From an uncultured Gammaproteobacteria bacterium (GTDB taxonomy: Bacteria; Patescibacteriota; Patescibacteriia; Patescibacteriales; UBA12465), in the NCBI GenBank assembly GCA_964443755.1, contig CAYUEO010000001.1:1-28368 (forward strand): 28,368 nucleotides of DNA. Reading direction: 5' to 3'. Positions 15,654-25,409 of this stretch are shown here, piece by piece; the first letter of the stretch is position 1; the number at the start of each line of letters is the position of its first letter. A program made the translations under genes and the position numbers. The notes under the pieces were generated by a model. The model was not told where the DNA came from. It was given only the letters and a program-made list of their open reading frames with translations, and did no database searches.

Positions 15654-17551
15654 TCATAGCCAAGAAGAAATTATTATCTACGGCTGGTCGGATATTTAAA
15701 TTTTTATTTTTAGGCTTTATCGCTTTTATATTATTAGTAGCTATTCTTTTAGCTACTGCTATTGATAATCTAAAAGGAGCGGCGGAGTTTGGTGTAGCTG
15801 GAAAAAAAAATTTAGATTCTGTCACTATATTAATACAAGATAAAAATTGGGAATTAGCTACCCGTAACGCTGTTCTAGCTCAAGACAATTTTAACGCCGC
15901 TTTGAGTCAAATTTATCAGGCTCGAGATAATAATGTTATTAAATATTTTTTTCCTGTCAAAAGACAGATTGATGATTTAGAATATTTACTTAAAACAGGA
16001 GAGATTTTGTCTCGTTCAGTTAAAAGCGGCATCCCGTTAGTTCAGGGGTTGGATAGCATCCGATCCGGTCAAGCCGGAAAAAATTTTTCCGATTTATCGG
16101 CATCACAAAAAGCTCAGTTTATTCGTTATATTTTTGAGTCTGAGCCGGAGTTGAGGGGACTGCGAGCAAATATTGAGCTATCTATATTAAATCTAGAAAA
16201 AATTAATCGTCTAGGTATTTTGTGGCCAGTTTATCGTGATATTAGTGATTTAAAAATTCAATTAACCCAAGCCTCAGATCTCTTTAAAAAAAGCTCTCCC
16301 TTAATTAAGTTGTTGCCAGCTTTAAGTGGCTACCCGCAAGCTAGTCGATTTCTAATTGTTATGCAAAACAATGATGAACTTCGCCCTTCGGGTGGGTTTA
16401 TTGGTGTTTACGGCTTGATGGAGGTCAAGGATGCTGAAATTAAGACTTTAGAAACTGATGATAGTTATCATATCGACATGCCAGCTTCTATTACTGATCG
16501 TTGGCAATTAGCTCCCCCGGAAACTCTAGCTAAGTATTTAGCGGTTGAAAAATGGTATTTGCGCGATGCTAATTGGTTTCCGGATTGGCCACAATCAGCT
16601 TTAAATATTGAAAAAATTTATAATGGGGTAATTGGGGCAACTGGTAGACCCGCCCAGCCATTTACTGGCATAGCAGCTATTAACCCTAATTTTGTAGCTA
16701 ATCTGATTGACTTAGTTGGCCCGATAACTGTTCGCGGCGAAACATATACGGCTGACAATTTTCAGCCCTTACTGCAATATAATGTTGAGATAGCTTACCG
16801 CGAACAAGATATTTCTCAGTGGGATCGTAAAGATGTGGTTGATGAATTACTAGCCGAGCTTAAGAAGCGCTTGTTTGAACTACCATCCGGTAAATGGAAT
16901 AGGTTAATTACAATTTTAGATCAAGCGGTTGAAAAGAGGGACATCCAGTTATATTTTAATAACCAGAACTGGCAGCAATACGCTAAAGAGTTAGATATAT
17001 CAGGTGAGGTTAAAAGTCCTGAAAGTGATTATGTGATGGTGGTTGACGCTAATTTAGCGGCCTTTAAAAGTGATGCCGTAGTTAAAAAAACTATTAATTA
17101 TGAAGTAAACGAAGGTCAGGTTGGCCTTGAAGCTTTAATTAAACTTAACTATAAACATGAAGGAGGCTTTGATTGGCGTACTACTCGTTATCGCAGCTAT
17201 ACTCGAATATACGCGCCTCTGGGTAGTAAATTAATTTCTATATCTGGCATTGAAGAGGATGTTGAGAATCGTAACGTTAGCGATGATACGGTGCTTAATA
17301 AAACTGTGTTTGGCTTCTTCTTTAATGTTGAACCAGGATCGTCACGCGAGATTACTTTAAAGTATCGCTTGCCAGACTATATTTATAAGCAGTGGCAAGA
17401 AGGAGATTATACGCTACTAGCTCAAAAACAATCCGGCCGGAGAACTGAAAGTTTACGAGTCGGTTTTTATCCCGAGAAAGGCAAATCAGGGGAATGGAGT
17501 ACGGATTTTAATACAGATAAAAATTTTTGGTTTAAAGGTGGATCTCGTTAA
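15650..17551 (+). CDS. DUF4012-type membrane-anchored extracellular protein
   Basis: N-terminal TM helix; motifs QNNDELRPSGGFIG, RDANWFPDWP and VVDANLAAFKSD...YTRIYAPLGS. Confidence 0.8.
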   Translation: MIIAKKKLLSTAGRIFKFLFLGFIAFILLVAILLATAIDNLKGAAEFGVAGKKNLDSVTILIQDKNWELATRNAVLAQDNFNAALSQIYQARDNNVIKYFFPVKRQIDDLEYLLKTGEILSRSVKSGIPLVQGLDSIRSGQAGKNFSDLSASQKAQFIRYIFESEPELRGLRANIELSILNLEKINRLGILWPVYRDISDLKIQLTQASDLFKKSSPLIKLLPALSGYPQASRFLIVMQNNDELRPSGGFIGVYGLMEVKDAEIKTLETDDSYHIDMPASITDRWQLAPPETLAKYLAVEKWYLRDANWFPDWPQSALNIEKIYNGVIGATGRPAQPFTGIAAINPNFVANLIDLVGPITVRGETYTADNFQPLLQYNVEIAYREQDISQWDRKDVVDELLAELKKRLFELPSGKWNRLITILDQAVEKRDIQLYFNNQNWQQYAKELDISGEVKSPESDYVMVVDANLAAFKSDAVVKKTINYEVNEGQVGLEALIKLNYKHEGGFDWRTTRYRSYTRIYAPLGSKLISISGIEEDVENRNVSDDTVLNKTVFGFFFNVEPGSSREITLKYRLPDYIYKQWQEGDYTLLAQKQSGRRTESLRVGFYPEKGKSGEWSTDFNTDKNFWFKGGSR

Positions 17552-17600
17552 AGAAGATTGGTATAAAAAAATCAGCTTACAATTAACTATACTAAACTAT

Positions 17601-17999
17601 ATGAAAGGATTTAATAGTAATATTGAGCAAGCAACTTTAGAAAATAATTATTTTCGTAAAGTTCTATATTCAGCTAAGCATAGTCAACTAGTCTTGATGT
17701 CACTTAAGCCTGGTGAAGATATTGGTTTAGAGGTTCATACTGAGAATGATCAATTCTTTCGCTTCGAAAAAGGGCAAGGTAAATGTATTATTGACAACAA
17801 CGAATATTTGGTTGAGGATGGTTCCGCGATTGTTGTTCCAGCTGGAGCTAGTCATAATATTATCAATACATCTCAAACTAGTGATTTAAAATTGTATACT
17901 ATATATTCACCGGCTCATCATAAAGATCAAATTCTTAGAGCCACTAAAGAAGAAGCTGAAGCTAATGACGCGGAATTTGACGGTCAAACAACTGAATAG
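17601..17999 (+). CDS. Cupin-domain protein
   Basis: IGLEVH...DQFFRFEKG...VPAGASHNIIN...LKLYTIYSPAHH. The ATG at 17601 is preferred over 17538, which overlaps the upstream gene. Confidence 0.9.
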   Translation: MKGFNSNIEQATLENNYFRKVLYSAKHSQLVLMSLKPGEDIGLEVHTENDQFFRFEKGQGKCIIDNNEYLVEDGSAIVVPAGASHNIINTSQTSDLKLYTIYSPAHHKDQILRATKEEAEANDAEFDGQTTE

Positions 18000-18002
18000 T
18001 TT

Positions 18003-19196
18003 ATGAAGCAAACTAATAAGTTTTATCTAGCTTCTTTTTTGAAGAATCAGATATACTTTGTGCCAATTATTGTTTTGTTTTTTCAAGATCTGGGTTTAAG
18101 TTATAGCCAGATCTTTTGGGTTTTTACCATTGGCGCCGCTTTTTCTTTTATCATTGAAATTCCCACTGGAGTAATTGCGGATCTTTATGGTAACCGAAAA
18201 AGTATTATAGTTTCTAAATTTTTGATATTTGTTAGTTTTATATTGTTTGCTTTATCAGGTGGCTTTATTGGTTTACTTATAGCTAATTTAATTTATGAAT
18301 TAGGCAAAAGTTTTCGCTCGGGGACTGAAACAGCTTATGTTTATAATTATTTATCAGAAACACCCGGCGCGCCATCTTATACTAAAATAAAAATTAATCA
18401 GAAATTTTATGCCCGCCTATCTGAGAGCTTAGCGGCTTTATTTGGTGGTTTTGTAGCTTACAAATTAGGTTTTAGTATGGTCTTTTATATTGCGGCTATA
18501 CCAGCTTTGATTAATTTTTTACAAACACTTAGTTGGGAGAAGTTAAATATAGAGAAGGGAGCCGTAACAAAAAAATTCATTTGGCAAGATAACTTGGCCT
18601 TTACTAGAAACTCTTTTAAAGAATTGCGGCAAAATAAGGTAGTTGTCAGAATTATTTTAAATATTAGTTTGTTCTCAGCCTCTTTTGCTGCTTTAGATAA
18701 GTTTATTCAGCCCTATATGAAAAACTCTGGCATTGAACTGCAATATTTTGGAGCTATATACGCCGGGTCTTTAATTTTGGTAGCTTTTTTAGTTAAATTT
18801 GCTGCTAAATTGGAAGATAAGATTGGTGGACAAAAAATTATGAATTATTCTAGTTTTGCGGCCTTAATCCCTCTGCTTATATTAGGGTTTGGAACTGGGG
18901 CTGCTTGGACCGTCGCTTTATTTTTTATTGTGTTAATAATTGATAATTTACGTTCTCCGGTAGCAAATAATTTGTTTCACGAGCAAGTGTCTTCGGAAAA
19001 TAGAGCGACTATGGGGTCAATTTTGGAATTAGTATCTTCAGTTAATAAGCTTTGGATATTACCAATAGTCGGTTATATGGCTGATATATATTCAATAAAA
19101 ACAGCCATCCTGTTAATTGCTGCGATAATTTTGTTTAATGCTAGTTTTGTTTGGGTTATAAAGAGAGATAGGCCTCTTTTAGTTGACAAAATTTAA
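18003..19196 (+). CDS. MFS transporter
   Basis: About 12 hydrophobic segments; EIPTGVIADLYGNRKS (MFS motif A-like), SFRSGT..A and RATMGS. Confidence 0.88.
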   Translation: MKQTNKFYLASFLKNQIYFVPIIVLFFQDLGLSYSQIFWVFTIGAAFSFIIEIPTGVIADLYGNRKSIIVSKFLIFVSFILFALSGGFIGLLIANLIYELGKSFRSGTETAYVYNYLSETPGAPSYTKIKINQKFYARLSESLAALFGGFVAYKLGFSMVFYIAAIPALINFLQTLSWEKLNIEKGAVTKKFIWQDNLAFTRNSFKELRQNKVVVRIILNISLFSASFAALDKFIQPYMKNSGIELQYFGAIYAGSLILVAFLVKFAAKLEDKIGGQKIMNYSSFAALIPLLILGFGTGAAWTVALFFIVLIIDNLRSPVANNLFHEQVSSENRATMGSILELVSSVNKLWILPIVGYMADIYSIKTAILLIAAIILFNASFVWVIKRDRPLLVDKI

Positions 19197-19211
19197 TGTT
19201 TGTTATACTAT
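19183..19211 (+). promoter_or_regulatory. Putative sigma70 promoter overlapping the 3' end of the MFS gene
   Basis: TTGACA (19183-88)-17 bp-TACTAT (19206-11), followed by SD AAGGAG before the ATG at 19257. Confidence 0.7.
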
Positions 19212-19256
19212 AATTTATTACTTTGTTATTTAAAAACTAAAAAAAGGAGTTAGGAA

Positions 19257-20270
19257 ATGTTAAAGTGGATATATTTTTTCCTCATTGTAACTACGACTAT
19301 GTTTGGTCAAATTAAAACATTCTCTTACTGGACCGTTCCGACTATGGACATGGATCAAGCTAAGAAATTAGCTAAGTTTTCTATAGTTATTGCGGACCTG
19401 GATAATGCGAGTAATAATTTAGAGGTTCTTATAGAATTAAAAAGATTAAATCCATCTTTAAAGCTAATTTGTTACAGTAATCCGATGGAAATTTTTGAAC
19501 CTTTAGTGGCTAATCGTCCCATCCAAAATGCTTGGAGTAAAGAGATTAAATCTCTATATCCAGACTGGCTATTAAAAACCAGGAGTGGAGCGTCAGCTGT
19601 GTTTTTTGATGGGATGAGAATGTTAAATTTATCCAGTAATTGCACAATCATTAATGGCGAAACTTATGGAGAGTGGATGGCTAAACTATTAGTTGATAAG
19701 GTTTTTTCAATCACCGATAGTAGCGGCAAAATGATTTGGGATGGATATTTTATGGATAATTGCTCACCAACCCAGTTCTGGGTTTCTCCTCAAGATCTGA
19801 TTGATGTAGGAGAAAGGTTTCCCGAAATGATTGATAAATCATGGTCAGATGGAGTTTATAACTTTTTATCAATTATTCGTAGAGCTATGGGTCCAGATTT
19901 TATCATGGTCGGTAATAAAGGAGTTACTGATTATCGAGACATTCTTGACGGAAGAATGTTCGAGTGGTTCCCAAATGATTATTTAGGAGCTAAGCTCGAC
20001 GGCGGTTGGTGGCAATCTATGGCCAACGCTGCTCAGACTGGTCCTTATACATTTTTTCTTCTATCTCCTCAAAATATAGAATTTGGCATATTAAGTGCTC
20101 AACTTTTAGATAATGTTTATGTAGGTGTAGGCAACAATAGCTTGCGCTACTATAAACAGTTTGAGGCAGACTTGGGAGAATTAAATAAAATTCAAATCAT
20201 CGGCAAATTCTCTGAAAAAAGTATTTTGATTACGCCTAAAAAAAAGGCGGCTGAGGTAGTGGATAAGTAA
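19257..20270 (+). CDS. Secreted putative glycoside hydrolase-like TIM-barrel protein
   Basis: Signal peptide MLKWIYFFLIVTTTMFG-Q. Motifs LAKFSIVIAD, KLICYSNP, PDWLLK, WDGYFMDN, IMVGN and DGRMFEWFP resemble GHL15/GH114-like barrels. Family is uncertain. Confidence 0.6.
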   Translation: MLKWIYFFLIVTTTMFGQIKTFSYWTVPTMDMDQAKKLAKFSIVIADLDNASNNLEVLIELKRLNPSLKLICYSNPMEIFEPLVANRPIQNAWSKEIKSLYPDWLLKTRSGASAVFFDGMRMLNLSSNCTIINGETYGEWMAKLLVDKVFSITDSSGKMIWDGYFMDNCSPTQFWVSPQDLIDVGERFPEMIDKSWSDGVYNFLSIIRRAMGPDFIMVGNKGVTDYRDILDGRMFEWFPNDYLGAKLDGGWWQSMANAAQTGPYTFFLLSPQNIEFGILSAQLLDNVYVGVGNNSLRYYKQFEADLGELNKIQIIGKFSEKSILITPKKKAAEVVDK

Positions 20271-20274
20271 CACG

Positions 20275-20306
20275 AAAGGGGTTGGTAGCAATACTAACCC
20301 TTTTTT
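20275..20306 (+). terminator. Intrinsic terminator with GNRA loop
   Basis: GGGTTGGTA-GCAA-TACTAACCC followed by T6, just after the stop at 20270. Confidence 0.85.
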
Positions 20307-20336
20307 ATTTACTTTATATGATGTATTATATAGAAT

Positions 20337-21629
20337 ATGGAGCTAATTTTAACTGTTTTTGTCTTAATTGCGGCCTTGGGTTTATTTGTTTTTTGGCCCC
20401 TTTTAAGCCTTGTAGCACTATCGTTTAGCCTGCCTTTTATAGGTTGGTCCTTTTATTTTGGAAGTCTGGAGTTGCCGCTAGTTGATTTAGTTGGCCTTTT
20501 AGCTCTTATGTCTTTCTTTTTACGTAGCTTTTTCGAAGTTATATTGAAAAAAAGTAGCTTTAAATCTTGGCGCTGGCCACTACTTTTCCCATTTGGAGTG
20601 TTTATAAGTTTTAGCTTAGTTTCATCTATTTTTTCATCAGATCCCGTTTATTCATTATGGTATGTTATGCGTTGGCCATTTTTTATGTATCTGGCTTATA
20701 TATTTTTACCTTATAACTTAATTAAAAATGCGCGCGACCTTAAGTTAGCGGCCATAGCGCTGGTCACTAGCGCTGGATTAGTAGTATTTAATGGTTATCT
20801 TTCTCTGTGGGGTCAGGATTTGCAGGATAGTTTTTATCGTATAAATTCAGTGTCATGGTGGGGTGTTTATCCCTTTGGCAATAACCACAATTTAATTGCT
20901 GAATTGTTGAATGTAGGAGCTTTTTTTGTTCTAATGCTCCGGGCTCTTGCAAAAAAGGAAACCGAACGTCGCTTGTGGGATGTAACCTTTATTATCTTTT
21001 GTCTAGGAATCATTTTAACTTTTTCACGGGCTGGTTGGATTACTCTAGCTTTCCAAATATTAGTATATGCTTGGATTAATATTCGTACTTCTAAAGATAA
21101 TATCTCTAAACTATTCTTAGGCGCTATCGGGGTGATATTTTTATTGATGCCGTTTATTTGGCGTATGAATAATCTACAAGTTGATAATGTGAGCTCTACT
21201 GAAAACCGCTGGTTGTTGACTGAAATAGCCTGGCAAGCTTTTGTAGATCGTCCTATTTTAGGTCAAGGTAGCGGACAGTTTATAAATTTAGTATCGAGTA
21301 ACTTACGTTTTACAGCCAAGTATGGGCAAGCTATAGACTCTCACGGCTCTTTGCAAAAAATCATTGCAGAAAACGGCGCCTTAGGTTTGATGGCTTGGTT
21401 GTTTATAATGATAGCTTTAATACAGTTAGCAGCCCGATCTCTGAAGCATTATCCTAGTAGTCGTCATTGGTTACTGCCGCTTATTTTAGCGTCAGCGGGA
21501 GGATTATTTTTTCAATTCTTTAACACATCTTATTATAAAGCTAAGGTTTGGTTACCAATTGCTCTGGGTTTAGCAGCGATCCGCTTACTTGAAGAAAAAA
21601 AACGTAATCATGTTTCTCATGAAAAATAA
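20337..21629 (+). CDS. O-antigen ligase / Wzy-like polymerase family membrane protein
   Basis: Polytopic protein with TFSRAGW, NRW...AWQAF..RPILGQGSG and DSHG..QKIIAENGALG. Confidence 0.85.
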   Translation: MELILTVFVLIAALGLFVFWPLLSLVALSFSLPFIGWSFYFGSLELPLVDLVGLLALMSFFLRSFFEVILKKSSFKSWRWPLLFPFGVFISFSLVSSIFSSDPVYSLWYVMRWPFFMYLAYIFLPYNLIKNARDLKLAAIALVTSAGLVVFNGYLSLWGQDLQDSFYRINSVSWWGVYPFGNNHNLIAELLNVGAFFVLMLRALAKKETERRLWDVTFIIFCLGIILTFSRAGWITLAFQILVYAWINIRTSKDNISKLFLGAIGVIFLLMPFIWRMNNLQVDNVSSTENRWLLTEIAWQAFVDRPILGQGSGQFINLVSSNLRFTAKYGQAIDSHGSLQKIIAENGALGLMAWLFIMIALIQLAARSLKHYPSSRHWLLPLILASAGGLFFQFFNTSYYKAKVWLPIALGLAAIRLLEEKKRNHVSHEK

Positions 21630-22713
21630 GCTTAAAATATTATACATTTCTCCGACTCTTGATCAGGGTGGTGCTGAGCGTTTTATGACTGATCTAGTAG
21701 TTAATCTAGATCGGGCAGAGTTTTCTCATTATTTATTATTATTTAAGAGAGGAGGTATTTGGGTTTCTGAGCTAGAAGCAAAAAATATACCGGTAAAAAT
21801 TTTAACTAAAAGATGGCTTTTTGATGTAATAAATTTTTGGCAGATTTATAAGTTTATTCGTGATTTAGATCCAGATATAGTCCATACTCAACTAGGGGGA
21901 GATATTTATGGGCGATTAGCAGCACGGCTAGTGGGAGTAAAAACAATTATCTCCACAGAACAAAATGTTAATCCCGACGAGACTTGGTTGATTAATTTAT
22001 TAAAAAGGTGGACCTCTAAATATTCTCAGATAACTGTCGCGATTACCGAGGCTGTTAGACAGGACGCGATTAAACGTTATGGGCTTGATGTGGATAAGAC
22101 AGTAGTTATTCCTAATGGTCTGGATATTAAAAAGTTCGCTCAGCCTAGCAATAATAATTTTCGAACTGAAGCGGGGCTAACTTTTGGCACAATTGGTCGC
22201 TTGAGTGAACAAAAGGGGCACTCTTATTTAGTTGAGGCTATGTCATTAGCGCAAGTATCTGCTAAATGTTTGATCGCAGGAACTGGAGATTTAAAAAATA
22301 AATTAGACAGCCAAATTACTGCTCTTAATTTAAATAATAAAATCAAGCTAGTCGGACCGATTAGTGATGTACCAGCCTTTTTATCTAACTTAGATGCTTT
22401 TATTTTTCCCTCTGTCTGGGAGGGACAGGGAATAGTGTTGATGGAGGCCGGGTTATCTCGATTACCTATTATTGCCTCAGCAGTTGATGGTATTAAAGAA
22501 GTTTTAGATGAGTCAACTGCTTGGCTGGTTCCGGCTAAAGATGCTCAAAAACTAGCGGACACAATAACTTGGCTTAATAATAATATTGATAGTCCGGTAG
22601 TCAAAGAAAAGGTTGATAAATTATTTGTTCGTATAGTTGAACGTTATAGCATTGAAAAGGTAGTTGATAAATATCAGACTCTCTATAAAAACACAGCTAT
22701 TAATAAATTATGA
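21619..22713 (+). CDS. GT4-family (GT-B) glycosyltransferase
   Basis: GGAER, VIPNG, GTIGRLSEQKG, FPSVWEGQGIVLMEA and IIASAVDG. ATG at 21619 or 21610 preferred over 21589. Confidence 0.92.
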   Translation: MKNKLKILYISPTLDQGGAERFMTDLVVNLDRAEFSHYLLLFKRGGIWVSELEAKNIPVKILTKRWLFDVINFWQIYKFIRDLDPDIVHTQLGGDIYGRLAARLVGVKTIISTEQNVNPDETWLINLLKRWTSKYSQITVAITEAVRQDAIKRYGLDVDKTVVIPNGLDIKKFAQPSNNNFRTEAGLTFGTIGRLSEQKGHSYLVEAMSLAQVSAKCLIAGTGDLKNKLDSQITALNLNNKIKLVGPISDVPAFLSNLDAFIFPSVWEGQGIVLMEAGLSRLPIIASAVDGIKEVLDESTAWLVPAKDAQKLADTITWLNNNIDSPVVKEKVDKLFVRIVERYSIEKVVDKYQTLYKNTAINKL

Positions 22714-23933
22714 AAATATTGCAAGTTAATAAGTTTCACTATCCTCGGGGCGGAGCTGATGCCTATTTTTTATCTTTAGCAAACATTCAAAGGTCCTCTG
22801 GGCATGAGGTGGCAGTATTTTCTATGCATCATCCAGAAAATTTACCTAGCCCCTGGAGTAAGTATTTTATATCTCGTGTTAGTTTTAATCGTCAATCAAT
22901 TAGTGATCTTTTATTAACCACCGGTCGGGTCATTTATAGTCTAGAAGCTAAACGTAATTTTTCTCGTTTATTGGATGACTTCCAGCCAGATATAATTCAT
23001 TGCCATAATATATATCACCACATTTCTCCTTCTATTTTAGATGCAGCCGCTCAGCGAAAAATACCGGTAGTGATGCATTTGCATGATTATAATTTAGTAG
23101 CCGCCAATCACGCCCTATATGCTTCAGGAGGCCACATTTGTGACCCTGCTAATTACTGGGCGTGTCTTAAGAGACGTTGTATTAAAGATTCATTACCCGC
23201 CACTGTTTTAGGTTTAGTAACTAATTGGCTCCATCACGACATACTTAAGATATATGAGCGTGGGCTAAGCGCTTTAATTGCTCCGAGTGTATATATGGCT
23301 AATACCGTTAGTAAATATAGACCGAATTTGCCAACCCCTAAAGTTATATATAATGCTTTTGATTCTAATTTAGCTAAGCACTATGTTGCTGATAAAAAAT
23401 CTTCAGATTACTTATTATATTTTGGTCGTTTAAGTGAAGAGAAAGGGTTGGATATTCTAATTAAAGCGGCCGCTTTAAGCGGACAGTTAATAAAAATTGC
23501 TGGCACTGGTCCAGAAGAAAAAAAGTTACTTCAACTTATTTTGGAATTAAAAGCCCCGGTAGAGCTGATGGGATATCAATCTGGAAAAAATTTAGCCGAG
23601 CTCATTATTCATTCTAAGGCAGTAGTAGTTCCGTCAGTTTGGCACGAGAATATGCCTCTTAGTCTTTTAGAAGCGATGAGTCTAGGTAAGGCTATTATTG
23701 CCTCTCGTGTAGGCGGACTGCCGGAGATGGTCAAAGAGGGTGTTAATGGATTTTTATTTGAGCCAGGAAGCTCTGATGATTTAGTAGAAAAAATTAAACT
23801 ATTAAATCAGACAGATCTCAATAGCTTGTCCGAGGCCAGTTTAAAACTGGTTGAGGGGCTTAGTCCTCAAGGTAATTATGAAAAAATTATTAGTCTTTAT
23901 CAGGAAATACTCAACAAAAAAACCCCGGCTTAG
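22710..23933 (+). CDS. GT4-family (GT-B) glycosyltransferase
   Basis: MKILQVNKFHYPRGGA, HLHDY, YFGRLSEEKG and VPSVWHENMPLSLLEA. Confidence 0.92.
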   Translation: MKILQVNKFHYPRGGADAYFLSLANIQRSSGHEVAVFSMHHPENLPSPWSKYFISRVSFNRQSISDLLLTTGRVIYSLEAKRNFSRLLDDFQPDIIHCHNIYHHISPSILDAAAQRKIPVVMHLHDYNLVAANHALYASGGHICDPANYWACLKRRCIKDSLPATVLGLVTNWLHHDILKIYERGLSALIAPSVYMANTVSKYRPNLPTPKVIYNAFDSNLAKHYVADKKSSDYLLYFGRLSEEKGLDILIKAAALSGQLIKIAGTGPEEKKLLQLILELKAPVELMGYQSGKNLAELIIHSKAVVVPSVWHENMPLSLLEAMSLGKAIIASRVGGLPEMVKEGVNGFLFEPGSSDDLVEKIKLLNQTDLNSLSEASLKLVEGLSPQGNYEKIISLYQEILNKKTPA

Positions 23934-23947
23934 CCGGGGTTTTTGTT
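23913..23947. terminator. Bidirectional intrinsic terminator
   Basis: AACAAAAAAACCCCGGC-TTA-GCCGGGGTTTTTGTT between convergent genes; the GT4 stop TAG (23931-33) spans the loop and the first base of the 3' arm. Confidence 0.9.
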
Positions 23948-23955
23948 ATGCGAAA

Positions 23956-25227
23956 TTATTTAATCTCGAAGGCTATGCTGTAATGCAAACCAGATTCAGT
24001 TCCAGTAACCTTGATATCAACTCTGGCAGGATCAAGAGACGGTACAATCAGGTTTTGGCTAAAGCGTCCCTTGCTATCCGCTACTATATTAGTTTTAGAT
24101 CCAGCGAAATCTATAATCAGACTTTCTTGTGAGAAGAATCCGCCGCCGTTAAGTTTTACTGTGGCTCCTGCAGCACCAAGATTATGATCTAAGTTAAGAT
24201 ATAGGTTTTCTGTGGCTACTGGGTCGGCTTCTTCACTAGCTTCAAATGAGGCTAATTTCACTAGTTTATCATCCAAAACTAGAATATTGCCATTATTGAA
24301 AACAACTAATTTATCTCCACCGACATAGGCCACTTTTAAGCCCATAGCCCAACCGCGAGGACCACCCAAACCAGTTGTGTTGCGATGAGCAACAAGGCTC
24401 ATGTCGTCTTTTTTAAGTTTTACTATACCCAAACCGTTGGAAAAATAGATATAATCAGTGTGTCCTGAGGCAGTGATATCATAACCAGGGTAATCTAAGT
24501 GACGAAAACTATAAAGCAGTCTTCCATCAAGATCAAATTTTTTAGCATAGTAATCATCTACTGCATATAAATTAAGATCTTCATCCTGATAGGCCTGTCT
24601 GTTTCCAGTTTCGGTTTTATAGTTAAGCGCTATAGTAGATTGGTTAGTCCTAGTTCCTTGATTGTAAACTTTAAGTTGATCATTATCAACATTTAAGATA
24701 TAGCCATTATTACTAGAACGTACATTATAAGGAGCAGATACGTTAGTTACCGGTAGGGAATCAATAACATCCATAATGTCAGTGTTCCAGAATTTTATAC
24801 CCTTTTCGCTGATAGTTACAATTTGGTCATCAAATTTGTCTACTCGGTTGTACCACTCCCAATAAGTATTTTTTCGGCTGTCTATTAGGGTGAGTTTGTC
24901 ACCGACAACTTCATATTTATATAAGCTAAAACCACTGACAGCATAGGCAAATAATTTTCCGTCTTCTTGTGATAGCTTAACGTCGTAAAAGTCATCATAA
25001 CGACCGAAGCGGGGATCAAAAGTTTTTAAGCTTGATAAGCGTTTTAACTTATTATCCTCTAAACGAAAAACTTCTAAACTCCCGGAGTTGGTTGAAGCTA
25101 CGTATAGCTGATTATTAAAATTGACAGCATCGCCGGAATAATATGATTTTATCTGGCTTTGACTGAAATGAGTAAAAGCTAGAACAGCAATTGCGACCAC
25201 AGCTGTTATAATTAATAGTCTCTTCAT
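23956..25227 (-). CDS. Secreted protein, probable beta-propeller plus C-terminal Ig-like domain
   Basis: Signal peptide MKRLLIITAVVAIAVLA. Repeated short beta-strand units (QLYVAST.SGSLEVFRL, KLFAYAV.GFSLYKYEV, KLVVFNNGNILVLD). C-terminal VKLNGGGF...ADSKGRFSQNLIVP. Confidence 0.55.
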   Translation of the reverse strand: MKRLLIITAVVAIAVLAFTHFSQSQIKSYYSGDAVNFNNQLYVASTNSGSLEVFRLEDNKLKRLSSLKTFDPRFGRYDDFYDVKLSQEDGKLFAYAVSGFSLYKYEVVGDKLTLIDSRKNTYWEWYNRVDKFDDQIVTISEKGIKFWNTDIMDVIDSLPVTNVSAPYNVRSSNNGYILNVDNDQLKVYNQGTRTNQSTIALNYKTETGNRQAYQDEDLNLYAVDDYYAKKFDLDGRLLYSFRHLDYPGYDITASGHTDYIYFSNGLGIVKLKKDDMSLVAHRNTTGLGGPRGWAMGLKVAYVGGDKLVVFNNGNILVLDDKLVKLASFEASEEADPVATENLYLNLDHNLGAAGATVKLNGGGFFSQESLIIDFAGSKTNIVADSKGRFSQNLIVPSLDPARVDIKVTGTESGLHYSIAFEIK

Positions 25228-25290
25228 ATTTATTGTTTATATTTTACTAATATTAAAAGAAAAGTTTAATACAAAAAAATGCATCTAATT

Positions 25291-25319
25291 ATTTTACATT
25301 ATTATAGATATATTGTCAA
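25291..25319 (-). promoter_or_regulatory. Putative sigma70 promoter for the 25227 gene
   Basis: Minus strand TTGACA-17 bp-TAAAAT. Confidence 0.75.
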
Positions 25320-25354
25320 TACTGATATTCACAGATATAGAAGTTAGCAGGCTA

Positions 25355-25383
25355 TTGACAAATAAAAATATATGTACTATAAT
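25355..25383 (+). promoter_or_regulatory. Consensus sigma70 promoter for the Wzz-like gene
   Basis: Perfect TTGACA-17 bp-TATAAT. Confidence 0.85.
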
Positions 25384-25409
25384 AATTAATTAAAGTTGAA
25401 TTAATTTAT

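Noticed and set aside
15631-15825. 64 aa minus-strand ORF
   Set aside because: Antisense to the DUF4012 N-terminus.
17588-17603. TATACT 7 nt before the cupin ATG (similar TATTAT before 20337), suggesting leaderless mRNAs
   Set aside because: No -35 or extended -10, and such hexamers are common in AT-rich DNA. TSS data would be needed.
23851-24132. 93 aa plus-strand ORF
   Set aside because: Crosses a strong bidirectional terminator and overlaps two real genes.
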